Source: Stellaceae bacterium (lineage in GTDB: Bacteria > Pseudomonadota > Alphaproteobacteria > ATCC43930 > CGMCC-115725). Taken from it: a stretch of 44,954 nucleotides of DNA. Position numbers and translations under genes: made by a program. The stretch spans positions 1 to 44,954 of the forward strand of contig DATHCK010000193.1 of assembly GCA_035319545.1 (NCBI GenBank), written 5' to 3'. Below the pieces are notes generated by a model. It was not told the DNA's origin and did no database searches. It was given only the letters and a program-made list of their open reading frames with translations. Positions 35,794 to 43,774 of the stretch are shown piece by piece (positions within the stretch are counted from its first letter, which is position 1; each line of letters begins with the position of its first letter).

Positions 35794-35873
35794 AGGGGGT
35801 TGGCGGCGTAGCGCACATCAGCCAATCCGCCGCGCCCATTGACAGTTGCACGCGGCGCGGGCGCAGTTCGCGG

Positions 35874-37142
35874 GTGACGATAGCCGCGCCCCGATTACCC
35901 GCCGCGCTCGCCGCCCGTACGCCGTTCTTCTACGGCTGGGCGGTGCTCGCCTGCCTATGCTGCGCCGGGTTCGCGCGGCAGGGGCCGGCGGTGTCGACCT
36001 TGTCGGTCTTTGTCGAGCCGCTGACCCGCGATTTTGGCTGGTCTCGCACTGCGCTGTCGGGCGCGGTGTCGCTCGGCGGCATTCTCGCCGCGATCATCTC
36101 GCCGAGGATCGGCGTTTTTCTCGACCGTGCCGGCTCGCGGCTGGTGCTGTGCTACGCGGTGCTGACGACGGGTGTGGCGCTCTTGGCGCTGTCGCTGACA
36201 TCGTCGCTGGCGATGTTTTACGTGCTGTTCTGCGTCGCGCGGATGAACTGGGCGAGCCCGTTCGAGCTCGGCATCTACGGCGCGGTCAACAATTGGTTTG
36301 TGGCGCGCCGGCAGTTCGCGACATCGGTCGCCACCTTGGCGCAGATGGCGGGGCTGGTGACCATGCCAATCCTCGCCGAGCTGGCGATGCTGCGCTGGTC
36401 GTGGCGCGCCGGCTGGCTGGTCATCGGCGCTCTGACCCTGGTCGTCGGGTTTCTGCCGACCTGGCTCTTACTGGTGCGTCGGCCTGAGGATGTCGGGCTG
36501 CATCCTGACGGAGTGAAGCACGAGCCGGATGCCAGCGGCAGCGCGGGCGTGGTGCGGGAGCCCGAGCCGGATTTCACTCGCGCCCAGGCGCTGCGCACCC
36601 CGGCGTTTTGGCTGATGCTGGCCTACACGGCGCTGGTCTACCCGATCCAGGCGGGGATCAGCCTGCACATGGCGCCGCATCTGATCGAGCACGGCATCGA
36701 CCCGGCCATCGTCGCGACGATCGTCAGCACCTATTCGCTGATGTCGGCGGCGGCGAGCCTCGCCTGTGGGTTTCTGCCGCGGCGACTGCCGATCCGCTAT
36801 CCGATGGCGGCGATCGGCGTGTTTCTGACGGTGAGCCCACTGCTGATGAGGGGCATTACCTCGCCCGCCGAGGCGTATCTCGCGGCGGCGCTGTTCGGGT
36901 TTGGGGTCGGTGGCATCTTGACCCTGCTGCCGATCGCCTGGGCCGATTATTTCGGCCGCGCCAGCTTTGGCGCGATCCGCGGCGTCGCCTTGTCGGCGCA
37001 GGTCGTGTCCCAGGCGGTGGGGCCGATGGTGTCGGGGGCGCTGCGCGACTGGACGGGCGACTATCGGCTGTCGCTGACGGTGTTCGCGATGTTTGGCGCG
37101 CTCAGCGTCGTCGCGGCGCTGTGCTCGCGGCCGCCACGTTGA
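35874..37142 (+). CDS. MFS transporter
   Basis: 12-TM-like hydrophobic pattern with an MFS loop motif region (GVFLDRAGSR). GTG start. Confidence 0.8.
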   Translation: MTIAAPRLPAALAARTPFFYGWAVLACLCCAGFARQGPAVSTLSVFVEPLTRDFGWSRTALSGAVSLGGILAAIISPRIGVFLDRAGSRLVLCYAVLTTGVALLALSLTSSLAMFYVLFCVARMNWASPFELGIYGAVNNWFVARRQFATSVATLAQMAGLVTMPILAELAMLRWSWRAGWLVIGALTLVVGFLPTWLLLVRRPEDVGLHPDGVKHEPDASGSAGVVREPEPDFTRAQALRTPAFWLMLAYTALVYPIQAGISLHMAPHLIEHGIDPAIVATIVSTYSLMSAAASLACGFLPRRLPIRYPMAAIGVFLTVSPLLMRGITSPAEAYLAAALFGFGVGGILTLLPIAWADYFGRASFGAIRGVALSAQVVSQAVGPMVSGALRDWTGDYRLSLTVFAMFGALSVVAALCSRPPR

Positions 37143-37217
37143 TCAAGTACGCTTGCGCCTCCGCGCAAGCTCGCGGTTCCGGACGAGGGCGACACGGATG
37201 TGTCGCCGCACTTGATC
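37141..37217. other. Structured convergent intergenic element: outer arms GATCAAGT/ACTTGATC enclosing two perfect 8-bp hairpins
   Basis: Three arm pairs are exact reverse complements: 37141-37148 with 37210-37217, GCTTGCGC (37151-58) with GCGCAAGC (37163-70), and GGCGACAC (37188-95) with GTGTCGCC (37200-07). The element spans the whole gap between the MFS and DsbA-like stops. Confidence 0.65.
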
Positions 37218-37833
37218 AGCTCCGTTTCACCGCGCCGGCCTTCTCGACGAGCTGCGCCAGCACCTCGTAGGGCTGCGCGCCGACGACGCCATAGCGCGCG
37301 GCGACAAAGGTCGGAACGCCGGTGACGCCGTAATTCGCCGATTTCTGCCAGTCGGCGTCGACCGCGTCCTTGAAGCGGCGCTCCTCCAGCACCTTCTTCG
37401 CCTCTTCGGGGTCGAGCCCGACCTTCGCGACGATGTCGAGCAGCACCGCGGGGTCGCCGATATTGCGGCAATCGACAAAGTAGGCCCGGTAGGCGGCATC
37501 GTGATAGGCCGCGCCGCCGCCCGGCTGGGTATCGGCCCATTTGCCGAGCTCCTGCGCCAAGCGGCTGTTGTAGCTGTGGGTGCGCTTGCCGTAGGGCAGG
37601 CCCTCGGCGTCCATGCGCGCCTTCATCTCCTGGTACATCTGCTCGGGGTCGCGCCCGCGCTGCCGATACCAGGGCGCCATCTCGCGCCCCTCCTGCGGCG
37701 TGTCGGGGTGCAGCGGGAAGTGCACGAGCACCGGCTCGATGTCGTACGTCGCCTTGAGCTTTTCGATACGCACGGTAGCGAGATAGCACCAGGGTCAGAC
37801 GTAGTCGGTGAAGATCTCGAAAGTGACGGGCAT
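37216..37833 (-). CDS. DsbA/FrnE-family thiol:disulfide oxidoreductase with an in-frame TGA (37795-37797) at the first Cys position of CPWC; candidate selenoprotein or pseudogene
   Basis: The minus strand reads ATG(37833)-MPVTFEIFTDYV-TGA-PWCYLATVRIEKLKATYD..., continuous with track ORF 37216..37773. The C-terminal region ...NYGVTGVPTFV... is typical of the DsbA/FrnE family. Confidence 0.6.
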
Positions 37834-37914
37834 GCGCGTGTCCCGAGCGGGAATGGTGCCGTCAGTCTACGCTCGATTGCCCCGCTGCGGCAAACCCGCG
37901 ATGATCGCGATGGC

Positions 37915-38826
37915 ATGAGTACGCAGCAAGTCCTCGGGCTTCGGCGCGTCGCGATCGCTCGGCGGCGGCCGCCGCGCTGGCATGTGCATCTGCATGGCTC
38001 GGAGTTGGCTTGGGCGCTCGCCTTTGTCGTGCCGTACGCGGCGGTGTTTCTTCTGTTCGCCGCGTACCCGATCGCCTACGCGATCTGGATGGGTAGTGAC
38101 CCGGCGCTCTATCGTGAGCTCTTCGACGACCCGCATTATCTCGAGGCGGCGGCTAACACCGCGCTCTTCGCCGGGTTCGCGGCCAACATCATGATGTTCG
38201 CGGCGTTGCTGCTGTCGGGGTTCTTCATGCGGCGGCGCTGGTGGATCAAGGCGATGTTGGTCGTGGCGATGCTGCCCTGGGCGCTCCCGGCGATCCCGGC
38301 TTACGTGTCGTTTCACTGGATGCTGATCGGCGATTACGGGTTCCTCGACAGCGCGTTGTGGAACCTATTCGGGATCGATGGCCCGCACTGGTTCAACAAG
38401 CGCTGGCTGGCGCTCGCCGCCAACATGATCGCCTACATATGGAAATGGCTGCCGTTCTGGACGCTGATCTTTCTCGCCGGGCGGATGGCGATCCCGCAAG
38501 AGCTGCACGAGGCGGCGGCGATCGACGGGGCGAGCGGGTATCGCCGGTTTCTCCACATCACCGTCCCGCTCCTGACCAATCTCTATCTGATCTCGACCGC
38601 GCTCGCGACGGTCTGGATCGTCGGCGATTTCACCGCGTCGGAGCTGGTGTCGGGCGGCGCGCCGTCGCGCACGACCGAGGTCTTGACGACGCTGAGCATC
38701 CATTACGCGTTCGACAGAAGTCAACCCGCGCTCGGTGTCGCGGCGGCGTTGTCGGCGCTGCCGGTGCTGATCCCGATTGTCGTGATCCTGATGCGGCGGA
38801 TCGAGCGGCGCGAGGTGCAGCTGTGA
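37915..38826 (+). CDS. ABC transporter permease (CUT1/MalF-type), system A
   Basis: Six TM segments and an EAA loop (QELHEAAAIDGASGYRRFLHITVPLL). The start is set at ATG 37915 inside the longer track ORF. Confidence 0.85.
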   Translation: MSTQQVLGLRRVAIARRRPPRWHVHLHGSELAWALAFVVPYAAVFLLFAAYPIAYAIWMGSDPALYRELFDDPHYLEAAANTALFAGFAANIMMFAALLLSGFFMRRRWWIKAMLVVAMLPWALPAIPAYVSFHWMLIGDYGFLDSALWNLFGIDGPHWFNKRWLALAANMIAYIWKWLPFWTLIFLAGRMAIPQELHEAAAIDGASGYRRFLHITVPLLTNLYLISTALATVWIVGDFTASELVSGGAPSRTTEVLTTLSIHYAFDRSQPALGVAAALSALPVLIPIVVILMRRIERREVQL

Positions 38827-39728
38827 GCGTCGCGGCGACATCGCCGCGCCGGCGGCGACGCCGGCGGGCGCGGCCGCGCGACCGGCTGCGGCGCTGGGCG
38901 GTCGAGGCCGGCTCGGTGGCGCTCTGCGGCGCGCTGCTGATCTGGACGCTGGTCCCGGTCTACAACATGCTGCTGATCGCCCTCGACCCCGACGAGGGCG
39001 AGACCGAGTTCACCGGCACGCTGTTCCCGGACGAGCCGTCGCTCAACAGCTTTCGCGCGGTGGTGAGCCAGGACTATTGGTATCTTGAGCATTTCTGGCA
39101 GCAATTCGCCAACAGCTTTTACGTCGGGCTGGCGACGATGGCGCTGACCGTGGCGATCGCCTCGCTGGCGGCGTTCGCGATCGGTCGGATGCGGCTGACG
39201 CGGGTACGGGTGCTGACCAACACGGCGCTCATTATCTACGCGATCCCCTCGGCGCTGCTCGCGATCCCCTTTATCCGGCTGGCGCAGCGCTATGGTCTCT
39301 CGGACAATATCTGGGCGGTGATCGCGGCCGAGGTGATGTTCGCGATCCCGTTCGCGGTGCTAGTGCTGCAGCAATACGCGACGATCATCCCGATGGAACT
39401 CGACGAGGCGGCGCGGATCGACGGAGCCTCACCCTGGCAGGTCTACCTGCGCATCTATCTGCCGTTGACGGCGCCGGCGCTGGCGGCGGTCGGGACCTAT
39501 GCGCTGCTGCTCGCCTGGGGCGAGTATCTCTACCAATATCTGCTGCTGTCGTCGGAGCGGAACTGGACCGTGGCGGTGGCGATCGAGCAATTCTTCGATG
39601 CCGACGAGGCGCCGTGGAACTACATGATGGCGCTCGCCATCATCTATTCGCTGCCGCCGATCGCGGTGTTCTATGCGCTGCGGCGGTATATGGCGGCGGG
39701 GCTGACGATGGGCGCGGTCAAGGGATAG
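38823..39728 (+). CDS. ABC transporter permease (CUT1/MalG-type), system A
   Basis: EAA loop ELDEAARIDGASPWQVYLRIYLPL. The GTG start overlaps the upstream stop (GTGA). Confidence 0.85.
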   Translation: MSVAATSPRRRRRRRARPRDRLRRWAVEAGSVALCGALLIWTLVPVYNMLLIALDPDEGETEFTGTLFPDEPSLNSFRAVVSQDYWYLEHFWQQFANSFYVGLATMALTVAIASLAAFAIGRMRLTRVRVLTNTALIIYAIPSALLAIPFIRLAQRYGLSDNIWAVIAAEVMFAIPFAVLVLQQYATIIPMELDEAARIDGASPWQVYLRIYLPLTAPALAAVGTYALLLAWGEYLYQYLLLSSERNWTVAVAIEQFFDADEAPWNYMMALAIIYSLPPIAVFYALRRYMAAGLTMGAVKG

Positions 39729-39838
39729 CGCGGGCTCGGTGCGGGCATTGACACCGCCCCCGAACGGGTCTCTCCTTACCGCAAGATTACAAAAACCGCT
39801 GCCGCAACGGCGGATTGTCCGAACCTTGGGAGGTGGCC

Positions 39839-41206
39839 ATGCCGTTGACGCGCAGGTCGGTTTTGCGGAGCACCGCCGCTGTCGCCGCAATCGGCGCGCT
39901 CGAACGCCCGTTTGTCGCCAGAGCCGAAGCAAAAACCGCGGAAGTCTGGTGGATCCAGGGCTTTGCCCAGGAAGAAGACGTCGGGTTCAAGAAGATCGTC
40001 GAGGATTACCAGAAGGCGAGCGGCAATACGATCGACTACACGATCAGCCCCTACGCGGCGATGCGCGAGAAGACGGTTTCGGCGATCACCGCCGGGCTTG
40101 TGCCCGATCTTATCCAGAACAGCCCGGCCGAGATGAACGCGGTCTGGGCCTGGAGCGACAAGCTGGTCGAGATCGGCGACGTGGTCGCGACCCAGAAAGA
40201 CAAATTCACCGAGAGCGCGCTGCAATCGGCGCTGTCCTACAACAGCGTCACCAAGAAGCGCGGCTACTATATGGCGCCTTATGTGCAGGCCTCGCTGCCG
40301 AACCACATTTGGCGCCCGCTGGTCGAAAAGGCCGGCTACAAGATGGAGGACATTCCCAAGACCTGGGACGCCTATTACGGCTTCTTCAAGGATGTGCAGA
40401 AGAAGCTGCGCGACCAGGGCATGCGCAATGTCTACGGTCTCGGGTTCCAGGTGACGGCGCAGGGCAACGACCCCAACAACGTCTTCAATTATTTCCTGAT
40501 CGCCTATGGCGGCGGGAACATCATCACCCCCGACGGCAAGCTGCATCTGGACGACCCGCAGGTCAAAGAAGCGGCGATCAAGGCGATCGAGTTTCCGACG
40601 ACCGCGTACAAGGAAGGGTTTGTGCCGTCGAGCGCGATCAACTGGAACGACGCCGACGACAACAACGCCTTTCACGCCAAGACGATCGTCATGGATCTCG
40701 ACGGCACGATCTCGACCGAGGTCGCGATCATCAAGAACAAGGAGGATTACGACGACATCGTCGTGCAGGGGCTGCCGCTCAGCAACGACGGCAAGCCCGT
40801 CACCAGCCAGGTGACGCATCTCGGCGGGATGATCCCCAAGGGCGCCAAGAACGTGGAAGTCGCCAAGGACTTCCTCAAATACCTGATCCAACCGCAGATC
40901 GCGAACGACTACCTGAAGATCGGGCTGGGCCGGAACATCCCGGCATTTCCCGAGGTCGTGAAGAACGACCCGTGGTGGTTCGCCGACCCGCACCGCAAGG
41001 CTTATGTCGAGCAGAACATCCTGGGGCCGACCTCGCCGGATTGGTTCGTCTTCAACCCGGCCTGGGCCGAGGTGCGCAACCAGCATGTCTTTGGCGCGGC
41101 CTGGGCGGATGTCATGAAAAACGGGATGACACCGCAGGAAGCCGCCGACAAGGCATTCAAATGGGTGGAGCAGATCTTCCAGAAATACCCGATCGAGACG
41201 ACCTGA
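39839..41206 (+). CDS. ABC transporter substrate-binding protein (family 1), Tat-type signal, system A
   Basis: MPLTRRSVLRSTAAVAAIGAL twin-arginine signal. SD GGGAGG lies upstream. The fold family is inferred from length and layout. Confidence 0.85.
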   Translation: MPLTRRSVLRSTAAVAAIGALERPFVARAEAKTAEVWWIQGFAQEEDVGFKKIVEDYQKASGNTIDYTISPYAAMREKTVSAITAGLVPDLIQNSPAEMNAVWAWSDKLVEIGDVVATQKDKFTESALQSALSYNSVTKKRGYYMAPYVQASLPNHIWRPLVEKAGYKMEDIPKTWDAYYGFFKDVQKKLRDQGMRNVYGLGFQVTAQGNDPNNVFNYFLIAYGGGNIITPDGKLHLDDPQVKEAAIKAIEFPTTAYKEGFVPSSAINWNDADDNNAFHAKTIVMDLDGTISTEVAIIKNKEDYDDIVVQGLPLSNDGKPVTSQVTHLGGMIPKGAKNVEVAKDFLKYLIQPQIANDYLKIGLGRNIPAFPEVVKNDPWWFADPHRKAYVEQNILGPTSPDWFVFNPAWAEVRNQHVFGAAWADVMKNGMTPQEAADKAFKWVEQIFQKYPIETT

Positions 41207-41229
41207 AAATCCCAGGTGCGGCGGGATTT
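41207..41229 (+). terminator. Weak terminator-like hairpin after SBP A (AAATCCC-N9-GGGATTT)
   Basis: The 7-bp stem begins directly after the TGA at 41204-41206. It is short, with no separate T-tract beyond the stem. Confidence 0.3.
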
Positions 41230-41340
41230 GCTCCTGCGCCCGATTGCCGCGGCGTCCACCCATCCCGCCACCGAGTGCGGCCGTTTCGCCACGATCGCTA
41301 AAGGCGAGGCGCGGTCCATACCGCTCTTCACCCTGATTTC

Positions 41341-41361
41341 ATTGCAACTCTGTAATGCAAT
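41341..41361. promoter_or_regulatory. Candidate operator ATTGCA-N9-TGCAAT upstream of ABC system B
   Basis: Perfect 6-bp inverted repeat in an AT-rich patch about 100 nt upstream of the SBP B start. Confidence 0.3.
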
Positions 41362-41462
41362 AACGATTGAGCCGGTACTAAGCCGGCCTTATATTTCGCC
41401 GCCCGGCCTGCGGTGAGAATGCGGCCGGAGGCGGCGGCTCGTGCTGCCGGTTGGGGAAGGAA

Positions 41463-42842
41463 ATGAACATGACGATGATCACCAGGCGTTCGGTGTTGCG
41501 TAATTCGCTGGCGGTCGCCGCCGCGGGGACGCTGGCGCGTCCGTTTATCGCCAAAGCGGCCGCGTCGACCGCGTCGATTTGGTGGACTCAGGGCTTTGTG
41601 CCCGAGGAGGACGCCGCATTCCGCAAGCTGGTGGACGAGTATCAGAAGCAGAGCGGCAACACGATCGACTACAGCCTGATCCCGTTCGCGCCGCTGCAGC
41701 AGAAGATCGTTTCGGCGCTGACCAGCGGCGATGTGCCGGACGTGATCTCGCACGATGTCAACGACCAGATCTTTGTTCCGCAGAACGCCTGGGACGACAA
41801 GATCATCGAGGTGAGCGACATCATCGCGTCGCAAAAAGACCTCTATCATCCGACGATCTGGCTCGCCACGCAGTACTACAACAATGCGACCAAGAAGCGT
41901 GGCGCCTATCTGATCCCGTTCAAATCGGCCGCCATCCCGCTCCACGTCTGGAACGGGATGGTCGAGAAAGCCGGCTACAAGTTGGCCGACGCGCCGAAGA
42001 CCTGGGACGCATTCTGGGACTTCTTCAAACCGATGCAGGCAAAGCTGCGCGAGACAACGCGGAACGTCTACTCGATGGGCCTGCAGTGCACGACGACCGG
42101 CCCGGCAGACGGCAACAACATGTTCTGCCAGTTCCTCATCGCCAATGGCGGCAACGGCATCGTCACAAAGGACGGCAAAGCGCATCTTGATGATGCGCAA
42201 GTTAAAGAGGCGGTTATTAAGTCATTGAAATATATAACAGATGCCTACAAGGGAGGGTATGTCCCCTCGGGCGCGCTGAGTTGGAACGACGCCGACGACA
42301 ACAATGCCTTTCACTCGAAGCTGTTCGTGGTGGATTTCGACGGAACGATTTCGACCGAAGTGGCGGTTGCGGATAAAGCGGAGCGCGACGACATCGCGAC
42401 CATGGGGTTGACCCTCGGCAATGACGGCAAGCCGATGCCGGCGCAGCTCGGGGTCGGCGGCGCCTTCATTCCGAAGGGCGCGAAGAATATCGAGGTCGCC
42501 AAGGAGTTTATGAAGTACCTGATCCAGCCGAATATCGTGAACGACTACCTGAAGAACGGACTGGGCCGCTGGCTGCCGCCTTACCCGTCGGTCGTCAAGG
42601 GCGACAATTGGTGGTTCGACGATCCGCACCGCAAGCCCTATACGACCGAGGCGCTGCTGGACCAGACGGTGCCGAACTATATGGTTTTCAACCCCGGCTG
42701 GGCCGAAGTGAACGCGCAACAGGTCTGGGGCTCGGCCGAGGCCGACATCATTCGGAACGGCGCGACGCCGGAGGCCGCGACCGACGCGGCGTTTAAGAAG
42801 ATCGAGGCGATTCTTGGCAAATACCCGATCGTCCAGAGCTAA
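41463..42842 (+). CDS. ABC transporter substrate-binding protein (family 1), Tat-type signal, system B
   Basis: MNMTMITRRSVLRNSLAVAAAG. It is roughly half identical to SBP A by eye (shared GNTIDY, NDADDNNAFH, DGTISTEVA, IPKGAKN.EVAK.F.KYLIQP). Confidence 0.85.
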   Translation: MNMTMITRRSVLRNSLAVAAAGTLARPFIAKAAASTASIWWTQGFVPEEDAAFRKLVDEYQKQSGNTIDYSLIPFAPLQQKIVSALTSGDVPDVISHDVNDQIFVPQNAWDDKIIEVSDIIASQKDLYHPTIWLATQYYNNATKKRGAYLIPFKSAAIPLHVWNGMVEKAGYKLADAPKTWDAFWDFFKPMQAKLRETTRNVYSMGLQCTTTGPADGNNMFCQFLIANGGNGIVTKDGKAHLDDAQVKEAVIKSLKYITDAYKGGYVPSGALSWNDADDNNAFHSKLFVVDFDGTISTEVAVADKAERDDIATMGLTLGNDGKPMPAQLGVGGAFIPKGAKNIEVAKEFMKYLIQPNIVNDYLKNGLGRWLPPYPSVVKGDNWWFDDPHRKPYTTEALLDQTVPNYMVFNPGWAEVNAQQVWGSAEADIIRNGATPEAATDAAFKKIEAILGKYPIVQS

Positions 42843-42856
42843 GGTAAGAGGTGCAC

Positions 42857-43774
42857 ATGGCATCCGTATCGGTCATCGAAACCGGCCGCCCCACATTGGG
42901 GTGGCGTTCGCGCTTGCGCGGCCTGCGCGGCGGCTTGCAGGGCTCGGAATACGCGTGGGCGATCGCGTTTTGCATCCCCTACGTGGCGGTGTTTTTCGCC
43001 TTTGTCGTCTATCCCGTTCTGTACGGGCTGTGGTTGGGGCACAAGCCGAGCCTCTATATCGAGCTCTTTAATGACCCGATCTATCAGCAGACGCTGGTCA
43101 ACACCGTTCTCTACCTGGTCATTGGCGTCAACGTGAAGATGTTCTTCGCGCTGCTCTTGTCGGGCTTCTTCATGCGCAAGGGCTGGTGGGTCAAGGGCCT
43201 GTTGATGATCTACGTGCTGCCCTGGGCGATCCCGGCGCTGCCGACCTTTATCTCGATCCACTGGATGCTCAATACCCAGTGGGGGCTCGTCAACAACGTG
43301 CTATGGGATACCTTCCATGTCGACGGGCCGGGTTGGCTCGACACGTCGCGCTGGCTGGCGCTCGGTTCCGTGATCGTCACCTACATCTGGAAGAACATGC
43401 CGTTCTGGACCGTCATTCTGCTCGCCGGCCGGATGGCGATCCCGCAGGAACTCTACGAGGCGGCCGAGGTCGACGGCGCGACCGGCATCAAGCGTTTTGT
43501 GCATGTCAGCCTGCCGCTGCTCGCCAATCTCTATCTCGTGTGCACGCTGCTCTCGACGATCTTCACGCTCGGCGATTTCAACACGGCCTACTTCATCTCG
43601 GGCGGCGGACCGGCGTTGTCGACGCATGTGCTGGCGACGCTCGGCATTCGCGACGCGTTCGAGATCGCCCGGCCTGAGCTTGGCGTCGCGGCGGTGCTGT
43701 CGGCGTTGCCGCTGATGATCCCGCTGGTGATAACGCTGATGCACAAGCTGCGCACGTCCGAGGTGCAGCTATGA
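42857..43774 (+). CDS. ABC transporter permease (MalF-type), system B
   Basis: EAA loop QELYEAAEVDGATGIKRFVHVSLPLL. Paralog of 37915..38826. SD AGAGG lies 5 nt upstream of ATG 42857. Confidence 0.85.
   Translation: MASVSVIETGRPTLGWRSRLRGLRGGLQGSEYAWAIAFCIPYVAVFFAFVVYPVLYGLWLGHKPSLYIELFNDPIYQQTLVNTVLYLVIGVNVKMFFALLLSGFFMRKGWWVKGLLMIYVLPWAIPALPTFISIHWMLNTQWGLVNNVLWDTFHVDGPGWLDTSRWLALGSVIVTYIWKNMPFWTVILLAGRMAIPQELYEAAEVDGATGIKRFVHVSLPLLANLYLVCTLLSTIFTLGDFNTAYFISGGGPALSTHVLATLGIRDAFEIARPELGVAAVLSALPLMIPLVITLMHKLRTSEVQL

Noticed and set aside
37216-37773. 185-aa GTG-start model of the DsbA-like gene as a complete protein.
   Set aside because: It would lack the whole N-terminal strand and the CxxC redox motif. 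The same frame continues upstream through PWCYL, a single TGA and 12 further family-consistent codons to an ATG. The short model is therefore a truncation artefact, whether the gene is a Sec gene or a pseudogene.
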